64,000 bases of DNA from Pseudomonadota bacterium. Lineage in GTDB: Bacteria; Pseudomonadota; Gammaproteobacteria; Burkholderiales; Burkholderiaceae_C. The notes beneath the pieces are model-generated. The model saw nothing but the letters and a program-made list of their open reading frames with translations. It did no database searches and was not told where the DNA came from. The first letter of the stretch is position 1, and each line of letters begins with the position of its first letter. Made by a program: the position numbers and the translations under genes. Location: assembly GCA_040387435.1 (NCBI GenBank), contig JAZKDR010000019.1:331-64330 (forward strand), in the 5' to 3' direction. Below, piece by piece: positions 29,255-38,032 of the stretch.

Positions 29255-30511
29255 TCACAAGCCAACCACATCCTTAAACATCATCAAAACAGCCACCCCC
29301 ATCACCACAACCCCACCCCACCCAAACAAGGTCGTTTTGCGCCCAGAAGTGAAACTACCCATCACCTCACGACGTCCGGCCAGCAGCATCATGCCGGCCA
29401 TGATGGGCACCGCCACCACGCCGTTGATGACCGCGCTCCAGTACAGCGCCTTCATCGGGTCTATGGGCGTGAAGTCCAGGCCAGTACCGATGATGGTGGC
29501 AATCGCGATGATGGCGTAGAAGCGTTTGGCCTCGAACCAGTGGCGCTCAAGCCCTTCAGGCCAGCCGAAGGCCTCGGCCACCGCATAGGCGGCAGATGAC
29601 GCCAGCACCGGTACCGCAAGCAGGCCGGTGGCGATGATGCCGCCGGCAAAAAGTGCGAATGCAAAATCGCCCGCCAACGGCCGCAGGGCCTGCGCGGCTT
29701 GCGCGGCCGAGCTCACGTCATGAATGCCCGCTGCATACAACACGGCGGCGCCCAGCACCATGATAAAAAACGCAATCGCGTTGGAAAAGAACATGCCGAT
29801 GTAGGTGTCGCGCTTCACGCGCTTGAGGTCTTCGCGCACTTCCTCGTCGCTACCTCGCTGGCCGCCTTTTTGCCGCAACTCTTCCACCTCCTGCGAGGCC
29901 TGCCAGAAGAACAGGTAGGGAGAGATGGTGGTGCCCAGCAGGGCCACGATCATCATCCAGTAATCAGATGTCCACTGCAGTTTGGGAATGACGAGGTCAT
30001 GCAATACCTGCGCCCAAGGTACCTGCACCAGAAAAACGGCGATGACATAGGCAAATAAAAACAGCGTGAGCCACTTCAGGATGGGCGCCAGCTTGCGGTA
30101 AGGCACAAATACCTGAAGCAGCACCGTGACGATGCCGAACACCACCGCATGAAAGTGCTGGCCGCCGCCGACCACCAGTTGAAGCGCTTCGCCCATGGCC
30201 GCAATATCCGCGGCGATGTTGATGGTGTTGGCAATCACCAGCAACAGCACCATGGCCATCAGGAAGGTGCGCGGCATGTGCTCGCGCAGGTTGGCGGCCA
30301 CGCCCTTGCCGGTCACGCGGCCGATTCGCGCACTGACCAGCTGGATGGCAATCATGAAAGGCAGCGACAGGAACACCGTCCACAGCAGGCCGGTGCCAAA
30401 CTGCGCGCCAGCTTGTGTGTAGGTCGCAATGCCCGATGGGTCGTCATCGGCCGCACCGGTGACCACGCCGGGCCCCACATGACGAAGAAAAGACGGGAAT
30501 CTCTTGAACAT
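29255..30511 (-). CDS. mntH: NRAMP-family divalent metal (Mn2+/Fe2+) transporter
   Basis: 418 aa with GPGVVTGAADDDPSGIATYTQAGAQFG, the conserved NRAMP N-terminal motif. Polytopic. Confidence 0.85.
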   Translation of the reverse strand: MFKRFPSFLRHVGPGVVTGAADDDPSGIATYTQAGAQFGTGLLWTVFLSLPFMIAIQLVSARIGRVTGKGVAANLREHMPRTFLMAMVLLLVIANTINIAADIAAMGEALQLVVGGGQHFHAVVFGIVTVLLQVFVPYRKLAPILKWLTLFLFAYVIAVFLVQVPWAQVLHDLVIPKLQWTSDYWMMIVALLGTTISPYLFFWQASQEVEELRQKGGQRGSDEEVREDLKRVKRDTYIGMFFSNAIAFFIMVLGAAVLYAAGIHDVSSAAQAAQALRPLAGDFAFALFAGGIIATGLLAVPVLASSAAYAVAEAFGWPEGLERHWFEAKRFYAIIAIATIIGTGLDFTPIDPMKALYWSAVINGVVAVPIMAGMMLLAGRREVMGSFTSGRKTTLFGWGGVVVMGVAVLMMFKDVVGL

Positions 30512-30578
30512 GCGGCCAGCCTAACAGCGCCGACCTGACGCGAACCCGACCCGGCTGACCGGACAGGCAAAAACGGCG

Positions 30579-31934
30579 TTACAAAACCAGGATTGCCCTG
30601 AAATCGTTGACGTTGGTGTGCGTGGGCCCGGTGATGACCAGGCCGCCCAGCGGCTCGAAGTAACCGTAAGCGTCATTGCGGTCCAGGTACTGGTCGAGCT
30701 TCATGCCTTTGTCGCGCGCACGTTGCAGGGTGTCGGGCGCAACAAAAGCACCGGCGTTGTCTTCCACACCGTCGATACCGTCGGTGTCTGCCGCCAGTGC
30801 ATACACGCCGGGCTGGCCCTGCAGCGCCAGTGCCAGGCCCATGCAAAACTCGCCGGCACGACCGCCACGGCCACGCGGTGTGCCTTCGGGCTGCTTGCGG
30901 ATGGTGACCGTTGTTTCACCACCACTCAAAATCACGCAAGGCGTGCTGAAGGGCTGGCCCCGGTGCGCCACGGCGCGGGCCAGTGCCGCATGCACCTTGC
31001 CGACTTCGCGCGACTCGCCTTCGATCTCGTCGCTGAGGATGTGCGCCTGTACACCTGCCGCACGCGCTGCCGCGGCAGCCGCCTCCAGGCTCTGCTGGGG
31101 GGTGGCGATCATGTGGACTTCATGCCCGTCGAACAACCTGTCGCCTGGCTTGGGCGTTTCAAGTGCGCCACTTTCAAGTTGCGCCCGCAACGCCGGGGGC
31201 ACATCGATGTTGTAGCGCTTGAGAATCGCCAGTGCATCGGCGCAGGTCCCCGCATCGGGCACTGTCGGGCCACTCGCAATGATGGACGGGTCGTCGCCAG
31301 GCACATCGCTGATGGTGAGCGTCACCACACGCGCAGGCGCACAGGCAGCAGCGAGGCGGCCGCCCTTGATGCGCGAGAGGTGTTTGCGCACGCAGTTCAT
31401 TTCGGCAATATTGGCGCCGCTGTTGAGCAGGGCCTTGTTGATGCGCTGCTTTTCTTCCAGCGTCAGCCCCTCTGCAGGCAGCGTCAGCAGCGCAGAGCCC
31501 CCCCCTGAAATCAGGCACAGCACCAGGTCGTTTTTGCTCAAGCCCTGCACCATGGCCAGAATGCGTTCTGCAGCTGCCAGGCCTGCCGCATCGGGCACCG
31601 GGTGTGCCGCTTCAACCAGTTCGATGCGCCGCTTCAGGCCTTCGGGGCGCGGCGGAATGTGGTGGTAACGCGTGACGACCAGACCTTCGAGCGGGGAATC
31701 GGCGGGCCAGAGTGCCTCGACGGCCTGGGCCATGGAACCGCCGGCCTTGCCGGCACCTATGACGATGGTGCGGCCACCGCTTTCGGGTGTCGGCGGGGCG
31801 GGCAGGAAAGCGGCCGTGTTCTCTAGCGGCAGGGCGCGGGTCACTGCGGCGCGGTAAAGGTATTCGAGGAAGGCGCGCGGCGCTGTGGCGGCAGCGGGAA
31901 TCGAAGCGGTCTGGCTGGTCGGGTTCTTGTGCAT
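30579..31934 (-). CDS. Glycerate 2-kinase / hydroxypyruvate reductase-like protein (DUF4147 + MOFRL domains)
   Basis: Start trimmed to MHKNPTSQ (ATG at 31934). Shows VIGAGKAGGSMAQA and ISGGGSALL, with a C-terminal MOFRL-like region. Confidence 0.8.
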   Translation of the reverse strand: MHKNPTSQTASIPAAATAPRAFLEYLYRAAVTRALPLENTAAFLPAPPTPESGGRTIVIGAGKAGGSMAQAVEALWPADSPLEGLVVTRYHHIPPRPEGLKRRIELVEAAHPVPDAAGLAAAERILAMVQGLSKNDLVLCLISGGGSALLTLPAEGLTLEEKQRINKALLNSGANIAEMNCVRKHLSRIKGGRLAAACAPARVVTLTISDVPGDDPSIIASGPTVPDAGTCADALAILKRYNIDVPPALRAQLESGALETPKPGDRLFDGHEVHMIATPQQSLEAAAAAARAAGVQAHILSDEIEGESREVGKVHAALARAVAHRGQPFSTPCVILSGGETTVTIRKQPEGTPRGRGGRAGEFCMGLALALQGQPGVYALAADTDGIDGVEDNAGAFVAPDTLQRARDKGMKLDQYLDRNDAYGYFEPLGGLVITGPTHTNVNDFRAILVL

Positions 31935-32056
31935 AAATGTCTCCACCCCGGATTGTGCCGTTGTAACCGGCCAGTAACCCGGCACCGGGCAGGTCTTTTG
32001 GGCATCAAAAGACCCTGCGCTCCCTAGAATCGCCGCACACTTCACAAGGAACACGG

Positions 32057-32389
32057 ATGAACGCTTACCTGGCCCTGGGCATTGCCATCGTTGCCGAGGT
32101 CATCGCCACCACTGCGCTCAAGTCCAGCGACAGCTTCAGCAAACTGGTGCCATCCATCATCACCGTGGCGGGCTACGGCACCGCGCTTTATTTTCTGACG
32201 GTGACCATGAAATCGATCCCGACCGGTGTGACCTACGCCATCTGGTCCGGCCTGGGCATCGTGCTGATCAGCATCACCAGTTTTTTCTTTCACCACCAGA
32301 AGATTGACCTGGCCGGGATGATCGGCATGGCGCTGATCATTGCGGGTGTGGTGGTGCTCAACCTGTTCTCAAATTCCACCATGCACTAA
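32057..32389 (+). CDS. SMR-family small multidrug efflux protein (EmrE/Qac-like)
   Basis: 110 aa with four TM segments. Has the conserved membrane Glu in AIVAEVIATTALK and PTGVTYAIWSGLGIV, closely resembling EmrE. Confidence 0.88.
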   Translation: MNAYLALGIAIVAEVIATTALKSSDSFSKLVPSIITVAGYGTALYFLTVTMKSIPTGVTYAIWSGLGIVLISITSFFFHHQKIDLAGMIGMALIIAGVVVLNLFSNSTMH

Positions 32390-32573
32390 CCATGTTCTGC
32401 CTTGCGGAACACGCCGTAACAACCACATACATTTCGGTATAAGACCTGGAAGGCAAATAGCCGGAAATACTGCCTCATTTCCGGGGAAACCCGCCCCCTT
32501 GCCCCGCTATGATGTCCAGCGACACAAACCTGCCCGAGCAGGTCCAGCAAATTCCAAATTCGAGGAGACAAGC

Positions 32574-33698
32574 GTGAAATCAATCAACCGGATTTTTTCT
32601 GCAGGCGCCATTGCGCTTGCGGCATTGGCAGCGCCCACAGCGCATGCGGTACAGATCGTCGTCGGCGAGGTTTGCCCTCTGTCGGGGCTTGAGGCCAACC
32701 AGGGACGCGCTTACGGCGCAGGCATGCAGCTGTATTTCGACACCGTCAACAAGGGCGGCGGCGTCAACGGCCACACGTTCGCGCTGGTCCGCAAGGATGA
32801 CCGCGGCCTGCCCGAAGAAACCGTCGCAGCCACAAAAAAAATGCTGGATGAAGACAAACCCATGGTGCTTGCCGGCTTTTTCGGCAACAGCAACATCGAC
32901 GACCTCGTGGCATCTGGCCTGCTCGAAAAAGCGCAGATCCCGCTGATCGGTTATCGGGTCACGCAAATCCGCGCCGAAACCCCCTACCTCTACACCGTGC
33001 GCGCGGGCCTGCAGGACGAGCTGGACAAGTTCACCGAGCACATCTCCACGGTGGGCATCAAGCGCATCGGCCTTTTTTATGAAGACGGTCCAGGTGCACC
33101 CGCGCTGATCGCCGCCGCAGACGCGGCGGCCAAGAAAGCCAACCTGACCATCGTGGCCAAGGCCAGCTATCCTGCGCGCACCGTGCAGGTCGCCAAGGCT
33201 GTGGCAGCCATGACTTCAGCGGCCCCGCAAGCCATCTTCATGGTGGCGACGGGCGCTGCAGCGGCAGGCTTCATCGAAAACTACGGCCGCGGCGGCGCAC
33301 AGCTGTTTGCGCATTCCGGTGTCGACATCGAGCAGTTGACCAAGCGCCTGGCTGAAGAGCAGATGCAGGGCGTGTCCATCGCCCAGGTGACGCCCAACCC
33401 CTACAAGATTTCCAGCCGCCTGAGCAAGGAATTCCAGGACGCCGTGACGGCCAAGAAAGACCTGGAGGTACCAGTCAGCTACGCCATGATGGAAGGCTTC
33501 ATCACCGCCAAGGTCATCGTTGAAGCGGTGCGCCGCCAGGGCGGCCGCCCAAGCCGTGAAGGCATGGTCAGCGCACTCGGCTCCATGGACCGTTTTGACA
33601 TGGGCGGTTATTCCGTCGGCTACAAACCCAACAGCCGCATGGGCTCGAAGTTTGTGGAGCTGAGCATCATCAGCGGCACCGGCAAGATCCGTCAATAA
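32574..33698 (+). CDS. ABC transporter substrate-binding protein, Leu/Ile/Val-binding (LivK) family, orphan
   Basis: GTG start at 32574 sits 5 nt after GAGGAGA and gives VKSINRIFSAGAIALAALAAPTAHA, a signal peptide. The track ORF is extended upstream. No cognate permease or ATPase is adjacent. Confidence 0.75.
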   Translation: MKSINRIFSAGAIALAALAAPTAHAVQIVVGEVCPLSGLEANQGRAYGAGMQLYFDTVNKGGGVNGHTFALVRKDDRGLPEETVAATKKMLDEDKPMVLAGFFGNSNIDDLVASGLLEKAQIPLIGYRVTQIRAETPYLYTVRAGLQDELDKFTEHISTVGIKRIGLFYEDGPGAPALIAAADAAAKKANLTIVAKASYPARTVQVAKAVAAMTSAAPQAIFMVATGAAAAGFIENYGRGGAQLFAHSGVDIEQLTKRLAEEQMQGVSIAQVTPNPYKISSRLSKEFQDAVTAKKDLEVPVSYAMMEGFITAKVIVEAVRRQGGRPSREGMVSALGSMDRFDMGGYSVGYKPNSRMGSKFVELSIISGTGKIRQ

Positions 33699-33716
33699 CG
33701 TTTCGAAGCCCCAACA

Positions 33717-33743
33717 AAAAGGCCCGTCACAGGGCCTTTTTTT
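33717..33743. terminator. Bidirectional rho-independent terminator between convergent genes
   Basis: aaaa-ggccc-gtcaca-gggcc-ttttttt between the SBP gene (+) and puuD (-). Confidence 0.65.
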
Positions 33744-33771
33744 ATTCCACCTGACAAATTCGGGCGGCAGA

Positions 33772-35001
33772 CTACTCGGTGGCAGCCCCGGCCTCAAACC
33801 ACTGTTTGACCAGCAGGCGCTCTGCGTCCGTGATGCCGGTGGCATTGTTCATGGGCATGAGTTTGGTCACCACCACCTGCTGGTACATGGCTTGCGCATG
33901 CTGCTTGACCAGTGCGGGCGAATCCAGACGCACATTTTTCATTTGCAGTTGCGCGCCGTGGCACATGTAGCAGCGCTGCTCGATCACCTTTTGCACCGAC
34001 GCAAAGGATGATGCGGCGGCCGGGGGGCTTCCCACAGCCACGCCCGCAACCGGTGCCGCAATCACGGGCGCAGGCAAGGGTTTGAGCCAGACAATCACCC
34101 CCACGATCACCGCCACGCCCACCAGCGCGTAGGCCAGCGGGTGACGGTTGCGTCCCAGCTTGTAGCCGTGGCGCAGCACGAAGAACTGGCGTATCGCCGC
34201 GCCGGCCAGCATCATCAGAATCAGCACCAGCCAGTTCTGCGGGTGGCTCCAGGTGAAGCTGTAGTGGTTGCTCAGCATCGCAAAAAGCACGGGCAGCGTG
34301 AAGTAGGTGTTGTGCACGCTGCGCTGCTTGCCGCGCATGCCGTGAATGGCATCGACTGGCTGCCCGGCCTTGATGGCGGCGACCACGGTGCGCTGGCCGG
34401 GAATGATCCAGAAAAAGACGTTGGCGCTCATGGCGGTCGCCATCATGGCGCCGACCAGCAGGAAGGCAGCGCGCCCCGCAAACCAGTGGCAGGCAAGCCA
34501 CGACGCCGCGCACACCAGCACGGCCACCAAAGCCCCAACGATGGCATCGCCGTTTTTCTTCTGGCCAAAGAACTGGCAGATCGCGTCGTACAGCATCCAG
34601 AAGACGACAAAGAACGACAGTGCCACCGCCGCCGCCGCGCCGGGCGACCAGTTCATCAGCGACTTGTCGACGAGGTAGGTGCCGGCATTCCAGAGGTAGG
34701 AGACGGTGAACAGCGCAAAGCCCGACAGCCAGGTGCTGTAGCTTTCCCAGTAAAACCAGTGCAGGTGGGCCGGCATCTCCGGCGGCTTGACCGCAAACTT
34801 GACGGGGTGGTAGAAACCGCCGCCATGCACGGCCCAGAGCTCGCCGCTCACGCCCTGTTTTTTGAGATCGTCATCGACCGGCGGCGTCAGGCTCGAATCG
34901 AGAAAGACAAAATAAAAAGAGGAGCCCACCCAGGCAATGGCGGTGATGACATGGACCCAGCGCAGCAGCAGGTTGGCCCAGTCGAGAAGGTAACTTTCCA
35001 T
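33772..35001 (-). CDS. puuD: Urate hydroxylase PuuD (integral-membrane, C-terminal cytochrome c)
   Basis: MESYLLDWANLLLRWVHVITAIAWVGSSFYFVFLD opening, multiple TM segments and a C-terminal CYMCHG heme-c motif. Start taken at the ATG at 35001. Confidence 0.85.
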   Translation of the reverse strand: MESYLLDWANLLLRWVHVITAIAWVGSSFYFVFLDSSLTPPVDDDLKKQGVSGELWAVHGGGFYHPVKFAVKPPEMPAHLHWFYWESYSTWLSGFALFTVSYLWNAGTYLVDKSLMNWSPGAAAAVALSFFVVFWMLYDAICQFFGQKKNGDAIVGALVAVLVCAASWLACHWFAGRAAFLLVGAMMATAMSANVFFWIIPGQRTVVAAIKAGQPVDAIHGMRGKQRSVHNTYFTLPVLFAMLSNHYSFTWSHPQNWLVLILMMLAGAAIRQFFVLRHGYKLGRNRHPLAYALVGVAVIVGVIVWLKPLPAPVIAAPVAGVAVGSPPAAASSFASVQKVIEQRCYMCHGAQLQMKNVRLDSPALVKQHAQAMYQQVVVTKLMPMNNATGITDAERLLVKQWFEAGAATE

Positions 35002-35037
35002 AGCTCTCAACCTATGCAGTTTTCAGGAAACTGCGTG

Positions 35038-35054
35038 ATGCAACCTGCTCACCA
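35038..35054 (-). promoter_or_regulatory. Possible sigma54 (-24/-12) promoter for puuD
   Basis: Minus-strand TGGTGAGCAGGTTGCAT has GG-N10-GC spacing and a good TTGCA -12 element, but a poor -24 flank. It lies ~37 nt upstream of the ATG. A 7-bp hairpin gcagttt/aaactgc (35016-35034) follows. Confidence 0.3.
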
Positions 35055-35231
35055 CTGCGGGCGCTGTGAACAGTAAAGAGGCCGCGAACAAAAGAAGTTG
35101 CCTCGAGGCATGACTTCCCGGCTCCGCTGCGGCCTGGACTGCGAGTTTACCGAACTGGACCCAGCCCGCCCGTCAAACCCTGCCGGTCAACCAAGCAAAA
35201 GGCTTGCCAGCGCCGACTTCTTCACCGTGCG

Positions 35232-36104
35232 TCAGAGGGTTTGCAACAGCTGCGCGGCCACGGCCACGCCGATGACGGCGGGTTCCTTGCCGGTGATGCC
35301 GGGCACGCCTATCGGGCTGGTCACGTGTGAAAGTTCATCGGCGGTGAAACCCCGCGCCTCCAGCCGCTGGCGGAAGGTCGCCCACTTGGTCTTGCTGCCG
35401 ATCAGGCCCACAAATGGCAGGTCACCCTTCTCGCGCTGGCGCTGCAGGCAGGCAGACACGACGTCGAGGTCTTCCGCATGGCTGAAGCTCATGATGAGCA
35501 CACGCGAGCCGGGCGCAAGGTCGCGCACGGCGGCCTGCACCGGCTCCGAATGCTCGCAGCGCACACCCGCCGGGGCGGGCTCGGGGAAAACGCCATCTCG
35601 GCTGTCTATCCATGTCAGAGAAAACGGCAACGTCGCCAGCACCTGCGCCAGCGCGTGGCCAACGTGGCCGCCGCCAAACAGCGCGACCGGCGTCCCTGCC
35701 GGTCGCAGGCGTTCGGCCAGAACTGTGCGCATGCCGGCATCCACCCGCTCAAACGCCAGATGAACGATGCCGCCGCAACACTGGCCCAGGGACGGCCCCA
35801 AAGGCACGCGCAGCGACACCACGCCCTCACCCGCATCCACGCCTGTGGCCAGCATGGCGCGAGCGCGCGACATGGCGTCATGTTCAAGGTGCCCGCCGCC
35901 TATGGTGCCTATGGCCGCATCGCGAAACACGGCCATCCAGGTACCAGCCTCGCGCGGCACTGAACCCTGCGTGGAAGTGACGGTCACCAGCACTGCGGGC
36001 TCGATCGCCAGCTTTTGCAGAAACGACGGCAACGGGAGCGTCAGGCCAAAGCCCGAGCTGGAGGGAGAAAACGGGGCAAAATGGCCGGACATGGTGATAT
36101 CCAT
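35232..36104 (-). CDS. xdhC: Xanthine dehydrogenase accessory (Mo-cofactor insertion) protein
   Basis: 290 aa with VLVTVTSTQGSVPREAGTWMAV...GTIGGGHLE and a C-terminal Rossmann-like LFGGGHVG, typical of XdhC. Confidence 0.85.
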   Translation of the reverse strand: MDITMSGHFAPFSPSSSGFGLTLPLPSFLQKLAIEPAVLVTVTSTQGSVPREAGTWMAVFRDAAIGTIGGGHLEHDAMSRARAMLATGVDAGEGVVSLRVPLGPSLGQCCGGIVHLAFERVDAGMRTVLAERLRPAGTPVALFGGGHVGHALAQVLATLPFSLTWIDSRDGVFPEPAPAGVRCEHSEPVQAAVRDLAPGSRVLIMSFSHAEDLDVVSACLQRQREKGDLPFVGLIGSKTKWATFRQRLEARGFTADELSHVTSPIGVPGITGKEPAVIGVAVAAQLLQTL

Positions 36105-36251
36105 GAAGTATGCCGTCCGGGCTACGCCAGGTCGGGTTCAAACCCTACTTTCCCACAAATCCCGGCGGGCGTGAAATAAGGTTTAGACCGTGCGGCGCCG
36201 GGCAGACTCCAGGTCAGGGCAGCCAGTGACGGTCGAAGAACAGGTTCATCC

Positions 36252-36782
36252 ATGAGACAAGAACAAGCCAGCAATACCACTCCACGCCGCTTCTGGCTGC
36301 TGGCCCTGCTGTCCGGCGCCACCGCCGCCATCATCAGCGCGTGCAAGAGTGCGCCCGAGCCAGCCCCGGCCCCGTCTCCGGGCGCTGCGCCGCAGCCCAC
36401 AGTTGTCGGCCCCATCCCCGCCGAACAGGGGTCCGCACGCAGTTCACCCGCCACCACGCCTCGCGCCTACCGGCAGGATGGCGCCAGCCACATCTATGGC
36501 CTGAATTCCGACCGCATCTTCAAGGGCCGCATGCCGCCGCTGCTGTACGCCATCGGCGTCATGAACGTGGAAATCGACCGTGTCGGCCGGGTCACCAAAC
36601 TGGACTGGATGCGCGCGCCGCGCCACGCGCCAGAGGTGATGGCAGAAATCGAACGCACCATCAAGGCGGCCTCACCCTTCCCTGCGCCTACCCGGCTCGG
36701 CAGGGTGGTCTACACCGACACCTGGCTGTGGCACAAGAGCGGGAAGTTCCAGCTCGACACCCTGACCGAAGGCCAGAACTAA
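36252..36782 (+). CDS. Lipoprotein with possible TonB-C-terminal-like domain
   Basis: 176 aa with lipobox IISAC and a Pro/Ala-rich linker. The C-terminal region weakly resembles the TonB_C fold; this part is low certainty. Confidence 0.5.
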   Translation: MRQEQASNTTPRRFWLLALLSGATAAIISACKSAPEPAPAPSPGAAPQPTVVGPIPAEQGSARSSPATTPRAYRQDGASHIYGLNSDRIFKGRMPPLLYAIGVMNVEIDRVGRVTKLDWMRAPRHAPEVMAEIERTIKAASPFPAPTRLGRVVYTDTWLWHKSGKFQLDTLTEGQN

Positions 36783-36810
36783 CATCAGCCTGGGCCGCAC
36801 GGGTAGCCGC

Positions 36811-36957
36811 TTGCTACGCTTTTAGTAGCTGCTCACGCTCGTATCTATTGGCCTGCAGCCTTATTTGGCAGTCAAAAATGGCCTTTTTTTGCTATTTTTT
36901 GACAAATCCCGCTTTGCCGGACGGCCTCAAGCCCCAAAATGTAAAGCTTACTTTACA
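36811..36957 (+). repeat. Intergenic repeat family, copy B
   Basis: ttgctacgcttttagtagctgctcacgctcgtatctattggcctgcagccttatttggcagtcaaaaatggcc...aaaatgtaaag-ctta-ctttaca. The first ~75 nt are near-identical to copy C. Confidence 0.85.
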
Positions 36958-36993
36958 CCTCCGCAAAGACAAGCGGGCGGGTAGCGACAACTC

Positions 36994-37971
36994 CTATTTG
37001 GCATTCCCCGCCTTCATGAATTTGGCCCACTTCAGCTTTTCGGCGCTGTCGAAGGCCGGAAAATCCTCCTGGCGGCTGCTCGTCAAATCCATGCCCATGT
37101 CCATGATCTGCTTTTGTACGGCGGGGTTGGCCAGTGCCACGCGAACGGCGACGACAACTTTGGCCTGAATGCTTTTTGGCAATGCGACCGGCGCGTAAAG
37201 CGCGTACCACTGGGTGACGTCGTAGTCCTTGAAACCGCTCTCCGCCATGGTGGGCACATCAGGCAGCATGCTGGAACGCCGCGCACCCGTCACGGCCAGC
37301 GGCGTCAGCGCACCGGCTTTCACATGGGGCAGCGCTACCGGCATGCCTGCGGCCATGAAGTCGAAGTGCCCTCCGCGCAGGTCGGTGATGGCCAGCGACT
37401 CGCCCTTGTAGGCCACTTCAACGATCTTGATGCCCGTCTGGCGAACCAGCATGTCCCCGGAGATTTGCCCGGTGGAACCCGCCCCCATCGACGCCACGCT
37501 CAACCCCTCAGTCGCCTTTTTTGCGGTCTGCACCAGCGCCTTCATCGACTTCACAGGCGAGCTTGAATTCACCACGAACACATTGGACAACGACGCAAGA
37601 TGGATCAGTGGCACAAACTCGGCGGGCGAATAAGGAAGCTTGTTCTGCATGGCAGGGGCGATGCTCATGATGCCCGCGCTGCCGACAAACAGGGTGTAAC
37701 CGTCAGCCGGTGATTTGGCCACGTACTCGGCAGCAATGCTGCCTGCCGCACCCAGCTTGTTTTCGACAATGACGGGCTGCTTCCATTGCGTGTTCAGCTC
37801 CTGCGCCACCAGACGCGCCAGCAAATCGGGGCCACCGCCTGCGGCTTGCGCCACCACGATGCGGACGGGGCGCGACGGGTAGGCATCCTGCGCAGCAACG
37901 GCCAGCGGCCCGACGACAAGCGCGGCGGCCAGTGCAGCGCCTGAAAAGCGGGTGAGGTGTTTGTTCAGCAT
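36994..37971 (-). CDS. Bug-family (TctC-like) substrate-binding protein
   Basis: 325 aa with a signal peptide then YPSRPVRIVVAQAAGGGPDLLAR...ENKLGAAG. Confidence 0.88.
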   Translation of the reverse strand: MLNKHLTRFSGAALAAALVVGPLAVAAQDAYPSRPVRIVVAQAAGGGPDLLARLVAQELNTQWKQPVIVENKLGAAGSIAAEYVAKSPADGYTLFVGSAGIMSIAPAMQNKLPYSPAEFVPLIHLASLSNVFVVNSSSPVKSMKALVQTAKKATEGLSVASMGAGSTGQISGDMLVRQTGIKIVEVAYKGESLAITDLRGGHFDFMAAGMPVALPHVKAGALTPLAVTGARRSSMLPDVPTMAESGFKDYDVTQWYALYAPVALPKSIQAKVVVAVRVALANPAVQKQIMDMGMDLTSSRQEDFPAFDSAEKLKWAKFMKAGNAK

Positions 37972-38032
37972 GGTTTGTCTCTTTCTCTTTATTGGTGACC
38001 TTGCACGGTGCGGCCTTCAATGCCGCGACAGG

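Noticed and set aside
31948-31985. Pseudoknot-capable sequence upstream of the SMR gene: CCGG-AUUGU-GCC..GUAA-CCGG-CCAGUAACCC-GGCAC. It is superficially like the guanidine-III (ykkC-III) riboswitch topology.
   Set aside because: The conserved ACGR-type and CAGGAC-type nucleotides I remember for guanidine-III are not matched. The element lies ~75 nt from the start codon rather than abutting the SD. The pump looks EmrE/Qac-like rather than Gdx/SugE-like. A covariance-model search would settle it.
32461-32484. 8-bp hairpin CCGGAAAU-acugccuc-AUUUCCGG upstream of the orphan LivK-type SBP. It is reminiscent of the GGAAAU...AUUUCC element of the riboswitch expression platforms, and GUAUAAGAC lies nearby.
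   Set aside because: It lacks the invariant UAGAAGCGUUCA strand and a P2 helix. The similarity is limited to a short GGAAAU repeat and is probably an unrelated leader hairpin.
36866-36886. TTGGCAGtcaaaAATGG (repeat copies B and C) and TTGGCACttgaaAATGG (copy A) resemble the -24 half of a sigma54 promoter.
   Set aside because: The -12 position carries TGG/ATGG rather than the essential GC dinucleotide at GG-N10-GC spacing, so this is not a functional sigma54 promoter by consensus rules.
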